Positions 1-11,892 of a stretch of 64,000 nucleotides of DNA are shown in pieces. How positions within the stretch are numbered: position 1 is the first letter of the stretch; each line of letters begins with the position of its first letter. A program made the translations under genes and the position numbers. The stretch is from Cystobasidiomycetes sp. EMM_F5 (taxonomy: Eukaryota): positions 310,001-374,000 of the forward strand of contig JBPGPT010000012.1 in the NCBI GenBank assembly GCA_051047955.1, read 5' to 3'. Under the pieces are notes generated by a model. The model saw only the letters and a program-made list of their open reading frames with translations. It was not told the origin of the DNA and ran no database searches.

Positions 1-21
1 CTGACGCGACGCCATCGGCAG

Positions 22-678
22 GCTCTTCAATACGAACGTGAGAGAGCCAATCGAGGCAGTGGCGTACCTCGCGAGCAAAGAGAGCGCGAACGAGCAGAAA
101 GGCACCAGCAGCGAGCTTCGGCGCAGGCAGCCGGCACAACTCCGGGACAGCCAGGTCAGCCAGGTGTCATTCCACCTTCACCGGCACTCGTTCGAACCAA
201 TTCTCGCGGAAAAGGCGCTCGTCATTCGGACCTTCCCTCAGCCTCAAACGTTGCCATTACTGGCGCGAGAGCTCCGAATCTTCTAGGCCAGCCACAGCCC
301 AAGAGGCAATCTTCCAGTCAGGCCGTAGCACCCGGTACGCCTGGCGGAGATTACGCCTATGGCAGTTCGCCAGTCAACGGTAGCGACTACCTCCAGTCTC
401 AAAATGCATATCCTTCGCAAAATCAGAATCCTAGATACACCACCGACAGCTACGGCGGTGCGCAAAGTGGATCCGCGCAGCCGAACGGACAAAGCGCGCC
501 AGTTACGCCGGTCAACGGACAGGATCCGGCTCAAAATATTGGACGTGCAGCTGGACAGGGTATGCAAGGGAATGCCCATATGGGCAACGGAGAATACATG
601 GATCACGAAGATCAGGACCGACCACACCGAAGCGGGTTTTCCAAATTCATGGACATACTCACGTGCCGATGCGGGTGA
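22..678 (+). CDS. 3' terminal exon of a casein kinase I (Yck/Cki, CK1-gamma-like) gene, 5'-partial
   Basis: Frame 1 is open from a probable acceptor (ctgac...cag at 1-21) to TGA 676-678. It encodes a Q/P/G-rich tail with PPSPALVR and ends FSKFMDILTCRCG*, a Cys-containing lipidation-type end typical of fungal membrane CK1. The kinase domain is outside the window. Confidence 0.55.
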   Translation, partial: ALQYERERANRGSGVPREQRERERAERHQQRASAQAAGTTPGQPGQPGVIPPSPALVRTNSRGKGARHSDLPSASNVAITGARAPNLLGQPQPKRQSSSQAVAPGTPGGDYAYGSSPVNGSDYLQSQNAYPSQNQNPRYTTDSYGGAQSGSAQPNGQSAPVTPVNGQDPAQNIGRAAGQGMQGNAHMGNGEYMDHEDQDRPHRSGFSKFMDILTCRCG

Positions 679-1303
679 AGGTGCTCAGAGGGAAAACCGG
701 CTTCGAGTTGATAAATCTACAGCTCGTTTCCCTACATCTCATGCGTCTAGACTTCTGTGCCAAAAACGCAATGTCCGGCCGCTACGCGAGACTGGAATTC
801 TCCGTTTCTCTCCGGCATTCGCCCAGTTTTGTATTCTGCGACAAAGGCCCTGCTCATCCTCCTTGACGACGTTGACGACACCTTCATCACACTCATTCGC
901 GATACCCCGTCATTAATACTGTATAATCTGGATTGTACTTTCGCTGTACTTCTATGGGCCTGACATGGGCATCCAAGAAATTGGAACATAAAGCGAGGCG
1001 CGCTCTGGCAATCTCGTATATTTCCGGAAGCACAAGCTCTCCTCGTAAGGTCTCTGCACCCTGTTCCAAACTTCGCTCGCCTGCGAGTCAAAGGTCTCGC
1101 TTTTCCACCATCTAGTTTTTATGATGTTGTCGCAGAAGGGGAGTTAGCTGTTGCAAGCGCACTGCAATGCCACAAAGTACTGATTGTCAAGTCGTTTTGT
1201 GGTGTTGCGAAATGTCTAATATCCCGATATATACATGGGTCGCAGGATGCTGTCGTCGGTGCGTCTTGGACCATACCGAAACTGCCCACGACTGCTGCCC
1301 ACC

Positions 1304-2459
1304 ATGCCGTTCGCCTCCATGACGATGGAAGACAAGGAGGCATTCTATGCCTTGCTTGACGAGTAAGTCTTGGAATTGTCGAAATGCTGTTCCCGCGCAC
1401 CATCGGCGTCATCGAGCAGCAGCGATTTTTTGAAAGCTTTGCTGTCCAGCTTGGGCAAGCGGTGTCCCGCATTATTACCCTACTCATACGATGCCTGTGC
1501 AGATACTTCGAAAGCCGCAAAGAGCTCTTTGCGAGTTGGGTCAATCAATCTCATAGCGCGGCAGCACCGGCAGCGCCAATGGCACATAGACCAGTCACCA
1601 ATACAAGAACAGTAGCACGTAAGCGTTCCTTATCTAGTATTGCGAAGCGTTGACTGATTAGCCTATTACACACTTCATACCTTCTGCAACGCCGCTTGCT
1701 TGGGCGTTAATTCAATGGGATCCGTCATCTCATGCTTGCCCCCAACTATTATGTCATGCACATCCTAAATACGCTGTCTTTGTAGCTGCCCCGTCACCCC
1801 GCGCCAGAGCCGGAAGCGAGACACACAATGCTTCGCCCACATCAAGCAGTCCACAGCCAGCGCAGACCGGACCCACCAATCCATACGGCATCACGGTTCC
1901 TTCGCTATCAGATTTGAGAGATCCACGGTTCCAATCTGCTTTCAAAGCCGCTAGCAGTGGGCTTGTTGCGGCAGGCGGATTTGCCAACAAGTACATGATG
2001 AAGAACCAGCCAGGCGCTTCTCCAGCCGCGGCAAGCCCGGCAGGAAGTGACGTCGCGCCTCCGAAAGCTGCAAAGCCAGCAGGTTTGGGTAGCGCATTCG
2101 CTGGCTTCGCCGGAGGTTCCTCTGCACCACCAAAACCGCCTGCGCCAGCACCGCCTGTGGGAAACCGTGTGCGAGGAATCGGCGTGGCTGTCGCGCAATT
2201 CGACTATCCGTCGCAAGAAGCTGGCGATTTGCCATTCAGTGAGGGCGACAAAATTACGATTTTGTCAAAGGAGAGTGATGACTGGTGGAAGTATGTCACG
2301 CGAGACACTGCTATTTTTGCGGGATACGCTGACAAGTCACTCATTGTAGAGGACATCTCAATGGACGCGAGGGTCTCTTCCCTGCCAGTAGGTCCAGCTA
2401 TAACCTGACTCATTTCTGTACTCACATCATGATCTGCAGGCTACGTATCAGAAGTGTGA
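1304..2459 (+). CDS. SH3-domain protein (proline-rich linker, C-terminal SH3), 5 exons
   Basis: Spliced reading MPFASMTMEDKEAFYALLDE|YFESRK...; SH3 AVAQFDYPSQEAGDLPFSEGDKITILSKESDDWWK|GHLNGREGLFPA|SYVSEV*. GT-AG introns at 1363-1502, 1619-1785, ~2292-2349 and ~2388-2439. Confidence 0.85.
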
Positions 2460-2620
2460 GGGTAGACAGGGGACGAGGGCAAGGCAACGAAAAGGCAATA
2501 TTCAGTCAAATTGCAGTCGGCGAGCGCGACTTTGTTGTACGAAGGCTTGTAAATGCTACTCTGTATGCTTGCCCAATTGTCGCACAGGCTTTCTTCACAA
2601 CAATAGGACATAAGTACAAA

Positions 2621-3516
2621 TTACTCAGTAGCTTTCGGCGGCAGCCAATCGACGGGGAAATCCTTTATCGTCGCACGTCGCTTGCCCTTCTTGAGCTTGC
2701 GTACCTCTGCATGGCGCAGATCCAACGGAATGTCTTGCATGGAGTCTGTCAGATCCTACAAGTAGATATAACATCTGTGTGAGGTGTGCCCTCAGACGTG
2801 AGCAGATGTACACTTTACGTACTTGAGCTTCGGCTATCAGCCTATCCAGCGCGTCGGAGCACCATTTTGCATTCATCGAAGGATCCGGAAAGGAATCGGA
2901 AGAAATCTTGATGGAACCTCTGTCAGGGTCGTACCTCGGCCCTGCCAGCAGTTTGAACTTGTGTACGCTCTGGGCGGAGGTGAGCTTTTTCAACCGCTCG
3001 AGATCCTCCACCTTTACGGACAAGACTGCCTTGCGAGAGGCTGGATGTTCAGGCTGGCCGAGATAGTGTTGCGTGCGAATGACTATTGGAGTCGAGGGGT
3101 CTATTGGGTAGTTTGCGACCGGGAATGCCTCTGTGGGTGTTCAAAGTGAGCAACTTTGCCTAGCCTGCATTACAGTCTCACACACTGCGAATCTCTGGCA
3201 TCTGGAACGCAATCAGTCGCATGAGATTGATCCGGTCTCTGTCGTCGTCCAATGCTTGGTGTGCTACCCAGGGAACGTCGTCCCACTGAAATTGTTCGAG
3301 ATTCATCATGTCGAGCGGGTCGTCGCGCTTGTCGAGGGTGTCGGTGGTCAGGAAGGCAGCTGACCTCCTTGGCGATGTATGGAGTGCTCTCCGCCGCTTC
3401 GACAAGCTGCACCAGCAGACTGGGCTCGTTGTTGCGGCAGGCTGCGGCCGGAGCTGCAAGGTCGAACTCGAGGCGGACGCTGCGATCCGGCGCAGTGACT
3501 GGCCAACAGCGGTCAT
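2621..3516 (-). CDS. RSM24: Mitochondrial small ribosomal subunit protein mS35 (Rsm24)
   Basis: Arg/Ser-rich presequence; HKFKLLAGPRYD...IKISSDSFP...NAKWCSDALDRLIAEA and spliced end DIPLDLRH...FPVDWL typical of the MRP-S35 family. Confidence 0.85.
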
Positions 3517-3685
3517 GGCTGCGAGAGCAGAACCAAACTTGTTACTGATGCAAAGGTGTCGGTGTTGTCTTGAAATGTATTAACGCTGATCGAGGATATT
3601 GACGGCAAGGGGAACCTGAAGCCGCTTTTCAAATTATTTCGTTTGTGACTTGCAAAAGCGACTCTGCCGGCTAGACCTGCCTGCG

Positions 3686-5899
3686 ATGCCTATGCTCAAG
3701 GATCCCTCGACAAAATACAAGTACGGCTCGCAGTATCAGCATCCTGTAATGTTGTGTCTGACTCGGAGGGGTCATGCTGTCCAGGCCGTTCAAGCCGGTC
3801 GATATCCCAGACCGGACATGGCCGTCCAGACAGATTACCGCAGCGCCGAGATGGCTGTCGAGCGACTTGAGGGATGGAAACCAAGCCTTGGTCAATCCGA
3901 TGACGGTCGAGCAGAAGACTCGCTTCTTCAACTTGGTCAGTTTGCTTGAATGTACCGGATGATGCTCTGCGCCTTACATCCAGCTGTTTTATCCCCTCAA
4001 TCACATCTATCATCGATATCTGCTCTGCGTGCGCACTTGTCGGCTCTCCGGCCAACTCGTACAATACCAACTTTGCACATATAGCTGGTCAAGTGCGGCT
4101 ACAAGGAGATTGAAGTGTCATATCCGGCTGCGTCAGACACGGACTTCAACTTTACCCGAATGCTCATTGACAGAAAGTTGGGTGTAGCCGAAGGAGTATG
4201 GCTGCAGGTGGGGACAGGCAACGTATTCCCACCGCAGCAACGTATGCTTACACTGCTCTAGGTCCTGTCTCCTGCGCGTGAGGATCTCATTCGCCGGACA
4301 TTCGAAGCCGTCCGCGGCGCCCCAAGAGTCATTTTCCACATGTACAACGCTACTTCGCCCTGCTTTCGTTCAGTCGTATTCAACAATGACAAGCCGCAGA
4401 CAGTCGATCTCGCTCTGAGGCATGTCAAGCTCATCCGGGAACTCGTCGACGAATCTATTGCAAGAGGAGACGGAACCGAGTGGCAGTTTGAGTACTCGCC
4501 AGAGACATTCTCGCAGACCGAAGAAGACTTTGCGTATCACATCTGTAATCAAGTGCAGGATATGTGGTTTGCCGACAAAGATCGCTCAAAAATGCATCCC
4601 ATCATCTTTAACCTCCCAGCTACCGTCGAAATCTCTACGCCAAATCACTATGCCGATCAGGTAGGCTATGCGTCATGACTGGCCTACTTTGATATTCCGC
4701 TGACCTTACAACACCAGATTGAGTACTTTTGTCGGCATTTAGCGGACCGAAAGACCGCTTGCATTAGCTTACACTGTCACAACGACCGCGGGTGTGCGAC
4801 TGCCGCAACGGAACTAGGAATACTCGCCGGAGCACAGCGAGTCGAAGGCTGTCTCTTTGGTAACGGGGAACGGACGGGCAACGTAGATCTCGTGCAAGTG
4901 GCTCTCAACCTATACACTCAAGGAATTTCGCCAAACGTCGACTTTAGCGATTTGCAATCCATTATTGACATTGCGACAGAATGTAACGAGCTGCCTGTCC
5001 ACCCTCGACACCCTTATGCGGGTGATCTCGTCTTTTGCGCCTTCTCTGGTTCTCACCAAGATGCAATCAAAAAGGGCTTTGCAGCCTACAAAAGGGGCGG
5101 AGGGCACTGGGAAATTCCCTACTTGCCTATCGACCCACAAGATCTCGGATGCACTTACGAGGCTGTCATCAGGGTCAACTCGCAATCTGGCAAAGGTGGC
5201 GTGTCCTACATCGTCCAAGAACGCCTCGACTTTGACATGCCCCGCAAGATGCAAATCGCCTTCTACCAAGTCATTCAAGCAGTCGCGGATAGGACATCAA
5301 AAGAACTGTCTCAAGACGACATTGAGCGTATTTTCCGGACAACTTATCATATCGGAGAGGGCTACCAAGGTCGCATAGTCCTCCTCGACTACTCTCTCAC
5401 CCAATCTCCGAATAACGGGCCTGGCTCGTCGTCCGCATCCTTGTCCGTCAGATCGCCAAATGGCGCATCTGGTGGGTTTTCGTTCGCACACAACGCGAAT
5501 CAACCGGGTGTCAAGAACCGTTACTTCACGGGGAAAATCTTGGATGGTAGCACGGAGCGGACAATCTCGGGGCTTGGAAACGGCCCGATCTCGTCTCTGC
5601 TCGACGCCTTACGCAAGGATTGTGATATTGATCTGTCTGTCAGGGAATTCTCTGAAGCGGCCATTGGTCAAGGTTCAGACACTCGAGCAGCCTCATATGT
5701 CGAGCTCGTCAACCCCGCCGGCAAAGGAGCCTGGGGAGTGGGTGATAACGTCGATTCCACGTCTGCTATTCTGCAAGCTGTATTGTCGGCAGTCAATGCC
5801 CACGTCACCGACATGGATGAGTTGGTTGATGAAGCAGAGGCGAATCTCAGCAATTCGCAGCCGCCGGCCGCAAAAAGCATACCGATCATGTCCAAATAA
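3686..5899 (+). CDS. LEU4: 2-isopropylmalate synthase (fungal Leu4 type)
   Basis: [11 protein letters not shown] start, [75 protein letters not shown]-terminal regulatory domain; several GT-AG introns. Confidence 0.97.
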
Positions 5900-6140
5900 G
5901 CGCAATATCGGTGTTGGCAGACATTATGACATATCCAAAACTATAAGCTATCTTGAAGTATGGACACCGTACGGTGTCGCTGTATCGCGGAATCAAGATC
6001 AGGAAGTAGTGCACCTAGTCGTCACGCATGTCTCATTGGAAACTCAATTTCGACTAATTTGCAGGGACTGTCACTCGGCTGCACACCGATCATTTGAGAC
6101 AACAACAATGTACTCTGCACTAAATTATACGTCCGGAGAT

Positions 6141-9100
6141 TTACGCTGCATAAGTTTGGTACCATGTTTCTTTTTGTAGATCCTCTTGTTCTGCAGAGTC
6201 CTCTACCCAATTAACCGTCACTATGCGACGTGCTCTTGGCTCCCTTGTGCGGCGGGATAAATCGACAAACCTGCCAATCCATTGTGTCGTCAGCGCAATT
6301 GACAGATGCCTGGTTTACTGAAGTACCTTTTCGTGTCGTCTGACATGATGATGTGTGTCAACGCAGGTTCATCCAGATTGCTTGTCAATTTGCCCCCGCC
6401 AGCTTCGAGAATCTTTCCAGCTTCGATCAACCTGCGCGAAGAATGTTAGAAGGATGAAGCTTCGCCCACGGCTTCGGACACCTTCACTGACCTGCGGTCA
6501 TTCGCTGCAACGTTGACCCTGAAGGTGGATGTTCCGACCACTTCCTGCACACGGTTCTTCTCGGCATTGGCGGAAGTATCCAAGTAAAAAGTTAAATGGC
6601 GAAATATTTGCTGCTCGTCATACGCTTTCGCATCTGTAAACGCGCCCATGCCAGATTGTGTGATTTTGGCATCGAGATCTTCCTCCTCACTCTTGACAAT
6701 ATCTGGCGATGCCGCACGGAACAGTGACTTCTACCGCGAGGGGAAGTAGCAGATCAATCACTCTCAGTCATGCTTTAAGGCTTCTTGCTATACGAACACT
6801 GACTTTCCCAGCTGGCCCGCTCGGCTGCGGTGAATCCGAAGCCGTACTAGCGTCCTCCTCCTCTGTCTCGGTGGCCGAGTCTTCGATAGCCGACCCTGTC
6901 TGAGTTTGTACAGTACCAGACTCTAGTTTGGCTCTCTTATCTGATGGTCCAGTACTTGAACTCGGCGGGCTAGCGCTATCAGATTGCGCACCATCGTCGT
7001 TGGGTTGATCAGCAGTGGTGTCATCAGACTTGTGAACGTAGTACCTTCCGCCAACGTCAAGGCTAGAACTCTGCGAAGTGACCAAGATACTCACCTTGCC
7101 GTCAGTGGCACTTTTTGACCAGACATCACGGAGTCAATGATCCAGCTTGGATGGAGTATATCCCTGCCCAACTTGATGATGTTTTTCACCTTCATGACTG
7201 TGACGAATGTCAGCGGCACGATCCAGTCCACTGTTTCGATACAGAGCGTGCGTACAATCCTTTCTGCCGCAAATGACGTAGCATTCCTGTCCTTTCGGCA
7301 CGCTCTGCCACCGCTTGCCTCCGTTGGACACTATTGCTTTCTCTAGAGCTTGCTTGTTGCTCTCGGGCACCTCAACGCCATTGACACGCAAGCCTTCCAC
7401 CACATCTAGGAGGGAGACAGCTCGACGTTAGGTCAATGCGTCACGTAGACGGTCTTGCTACTCACAGAAGAGGTCGCCTTCAAATATGTTTGTCTCGGCC
7501 TTCAGGTCACCAAGTTTAGCACCCTGGAGGCTGGGTAGAATGGAGGCCTTCGGATTGCGTGCAATGACTCTGCGCTTCTTCCTGCGTTAAGTGGACACGA
7601 TAATGATGGGTAAGCACTGTACTACATTGTCCGGATATGTTCCAGTCGGTTACACACATAAACGAATCTGCAATTGACTTTTCGCCGCGTTGAGAGCTCG
7701 CCATGGTGAGAAAGTCAACTATATACATGCTCAGCATTGATTAGACCGCCATCAACTTCCGCACCTTGAAATTTGTGACAGTCCGAAGGACCTAAGTCCC
7801 ATCGGATTTTATGCATGCCTGTAATGCTCGTAAGAGGAGGACTTACTATGCCCTGAGACACGTACGTGGAAAACGAAGACAGACTTCCGCTCCATAGTTC
7901 ATGGCTAAGAAGAGACATCGTCAATGTGTATCAAGGCAGACGCCAATGTAGTTTACCATCGGCTGTGATTTCGGCGGCCTTGACAGCCACAATGAAGGAG
8001 CTGCATGTCAAGCAGATGATAAGCCTTTTGCAGGTGGGCCCGACGGCGCCAGGACTGACTCGGCCGGTTCGAACCAGACATCGGGTTTCTCGTCGCCAAA
8101 GACATATCCTGGTGGATCCGTCATGCCCTTCACCCAGTCTCTGCCTTTGCCGCTGACGTGCTCTCTGCATGCAAGCTATCAGCCAAAGCTGTACCGAAAC
8201 ACGAACTTCCGTACTGTATCTTCGAGAAGTCGTCCATGTTGAAACCTGAGCCGACTTTGCAAAACGATAGGTACCTGAAGGAATAGTCAGTGATGCGAAT
8301 ATCCGACGCTTGTTCAATGTTTACTTCGGCTTGTCCGGATCACTATCGTCAAGTACTCCGCACATAAAGGAGCCAAGAGTACCGCCCCTCTTGCCACTTC
8401 CCCAGAAACCTCCCATTACGAGAACCTGTCAACAAGGGCGCATCAGCTAGCTTCAGTACTCCACGCACTACTACTGACGTCAACTTCCTCGCCCAAAGAG
8501 TCCATGTACTCAGGTTTGACTTTGATCCAGTCATCTTCCCGTCCATGCAAAGTATACACAGATTCCAGATTCTTCACGACTAAGCCCTCACCCCTGCAAA
8601 GATCGTGAGCTGCAGCGGACACATTTGATATGATACTCACTGTTTATCTAGGATCCAGGCAAGTCTATCTTTGATATCCTTGGCTGAGTGTCCCGTAGAT
8701 GCGTCCGCGAATTCGAGTCTTGCGTACTTTGCAGTGATCAGCTTTTGCATTACTTTCCTACGCTCCGCCAGAGTCTCATCCAGTAGTGATCTGCCGGGTC
8801 TCCCTTTGCCTTTAGCGTACAGGACATCAAAGACCTTGTCTGAGTACGATCATTCAGCATCTCTGGTATCAATCGCTTGTATGTCAGGTCATACAGGTAA
8901 CTGTCGGGCCACCTTCAGACTTGAATTGATCTAAGCGAGAGAATCAGCATATACACAATCCCGGGCCTATTGACCGTACTGATGGCCGTTGTTTTCAAAT
9001 TGCCAAAGGGTAAGTACATGCCGGTCGTTGGCTCTCGTACCACCATCTCGCCGTCGAGTATGATTCTACGGGTTTTTCCTTTAGATGGACAGCAGTATTA

Positions 9101-10699
9101 CTCATATGACTTACTCGTCTATGGATTTGTGAAAGCATTCGTGTATGAACGGCGTCAAGGCCGCTTCGGCTTGCGTTCGATCGAGGCCGTACAGATACTA
9201 TACGAAAGTATTGAGCACGGGAACCGCGGAGTGCTCGACGAGATCAGCGTTACCGTGTAATCCTTGTCTTTCCTAGGAATTGCAAAGTTGGCGCACGTTG
9301 TATCACTAGCGTATAGAGCACGCACCGAGAGTAGTAGCGATACTCTTCTCCTTTCTTATGTAATTGTATGCGCTCTCCATCCAACTTCTCTTCAATAAGA
9401 AAGGTTCGAGGCTGCAGGAAAGCGTTACTTCTAGATGGCACACGGGACATGCACATTTCCACTTGCGTTTTTTCCTGTGGCTCCCATTGTTTTGGCAATG
9501 TCTTCGAAATCATTCTTGTTGCGATTACATAGCATGGGCCGGAAAGCCCGAAAGAGCTGCACGGTATTGTCCTGGATATAGCCGTCAGGCCGGTAGCCTC
9601 ATAGGGTAAAGCGGCATCGACCTGCCTCATTCGGGAGGCGCTTGGATGTGTCCCATAATTTCCAGCAGACTGCTCGTAGGTCTGAACACACGTTGAAGAG
9701 GTCAATCGCGTCCTGGTGAATGCAGGCCAGGACCATCTTTTCGCCAAGCGATATCTTCAGGTCTACGACAATCTTAATTTAGCTATGGCCCACTCGATGC
9801 ATACTATTTAATTGTCCGTACCTTTCAGTATGACTCTTATGAGCCACTTTTGCTCCTTGGCCGTCAGTTTCTCATGGAAGGTCGACACAACCTTGATTTT
9901 GGCTTCTCTGATACAACTTTCAGTACAATCCGAACTTACGATTGAGTATACTAGCTTACATTTTGGTTGACTTGCTGAGAGTATCTAGCAGATCGTTGAC
10001 CTCTTCAATGGTCATCTTGGACCGCTCGACAGTTGATCGGGAGGCGATTTCACTGAATGCGACCTCAGCAAAGTCGCCGGACGCTTTCTAGACCCCATCA
10101 GTCAGACCGCGTGGCTGATAGATATACGTCTCCCCTCACACTGTCCCTCGTAGGTTGTTTCCAACGAAGGAGACGGTCAGCTGAAGGGCTTGTCTTGGCT
10201 AGGCTCAGTACTTGAATGTATATCTTCGCGAGCACCTGCTCTTTGGTGCCGTATGTAGCTCGATACCTGTCACGCTGCGGGGCAACGCTCAGCCGTGCTT
10301 TCTATAAGTATTGACGGAGAATCTCACGTCGGGTACCAGCAATCTCACTAAGGGATATAGGTCTTTGCCGACTTCAGTTCGCCAGCGCTGCAGACATTAG
10401 CATCAGTGTTCTGTCATACATTGCCACCCTGACTTGATTATCAGAGGATGACCAACCGCAAACATCTGCTGCACAAGCGCGCGCTTCTTCTCAGCTGATC
10501 CCTTGTTGCCTCCAGCTGTACGCTTTCCGCGCATGTCTTGCAGCAATTCGAAGAATTCCGATACCAGCTCGAATGACGGCGTAGGCCCCGTAGGCGCACA
10601 CTCGGCCGGACGCTGGTCAAACTCATTCGGGTCCGCGTTGGCTGTTTCGTCCTCAGCGTACAGGCTCTGGCCGCCTGCTTCATCATCGCTGGCGGCCAT
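6141..10699 (-). CDS. LIG4: DNA ligase IV (NHEJ) with C-terminal BRCT domains, many introns
   Basis: Adenylation motif IEEKLDGERIQLHK, YRYYSR, GEGLVVKN...WIKVKPEYMD, OB-fold and BRCT-like exons; last exon ends ETWYQTYAA*. Start could be 10732 instead. Confidence 0.93.
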
Positions 10700-10785
10700 A
10701 TTGACGGTTGCATCATTGTCAAGACGGACCATGCGCTACATTGGATCACGCTCTGAAGATATAACAGCTAGTCTAACAACAACCT

Positions 10786-11773
10786 TCAACAATACCTATC
10801 GCTCTTGAGCTTCCTACGGCGATCAAGCATCTCCTCTGCCATGCGGCCTTCTTGCTGGGCTTTGCGTAATGCTGCTTTCCCTTCAGAGCTCTCTCCGTGT
10901 TTGCTGCCGATTCTGGCCTGGTACTTCTTGCTGCAAATGTTCTAAAAACTCAGTCGAACCCAGTCGTCCATGCATGCAGCAGGAGAAGCTCACATATTTG
11001 CAGCTTCGGCGGCTGACACGTTCCCCATCACCACAACTTCGTCAACAGTTGAAAGTCGCTGCTTCTTTCGACGTTCTTCTTCGGTCTTGCCCAAGTATTC
11101 TGCTTGCATTTTGATGTACCAGGTTTCGTCTGCGCCGATGCTTTCCGCATCGCATCGCAGCTCGAGCTTTCCACCAGCAACTTCGTCGAGACTGAGATAC
11201 TTGTTGTAGGCCGAGCTGCGTATTGCGAACGCTCCTTTGCCGCCTTGCTCCTCAGCCGACTCCACGACAAACTCTTCCGGAACACCTCTGGCCTCTCTGT
11301 CAGCAGTGACAGTCCCGTACTGATCTGTCGCTAAGAAACGATCTTGAGCGCTCTTGAGCGTGATGCAGTCATCCGACTCTGGCAGCCGCGCGCATCGCCA
11401 TATACTGTCCACAGTCGTAGGCTCGCCAGCTTCTGCAGTCATGTCCTTGTCCATCACGTACGGGTACGCCCTGAAGTTGATGGGGTTTGTGGCCAGTGCC
11501 AGCGGGTGTCCGTCCTTTGACAGTGAGCTCTTGGACGTTATGAAGAGTGGTCCAACCAGGTCATCAGCAGACAGAGCCAGCGTCCAGCCTGAAAAGGCGG
11601 TTGCCGTCAATCTGTATTTCCTCCCACTGGCCGCCATCCTCACCTTCCACATCTTTGCCGTATCGGCGCTGCCACGTCAATCCGCTGCTGCTGCCTTCGC
11701 CCTTGTCGCCATCTCTCGACTCTCGATGAGACCGCTTCTTCTTCTTTGTCTCGCCCTTAAACTTGAGGGACAT
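10786..11773 (-). CDS. FRG1: FRG1-family protein (fascin-like beta-trefoil)
   Basis: MSLKFKGETKKKKR start; ITLKSAQDRFLATDQYGTVTADREARGVPEEF; conserved end EEMLDRRRKLKSDRYC*. A ~53-nt intron near 11590-11642 explains the apparent frameshift. Confidence 0.9.
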
Positions 11774-11892
11774 GTTGGTAGCGGCAAGAGGTTCTTACCA
11801 ACTGGTGCACACTTGGTACGCCGGAGAAATTCAACAACGCATTATGACATTCGATGCTGGTATTTAACAACGAATTAAACGTCTAAGATGGT

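Noticed and set aside
6141..10699. Fragmented ORFs suggesting a LIG4 pseudogene
   Set aside because: The breaks I examined coincide with short canonical introns, and the catalytic motifs are intact.
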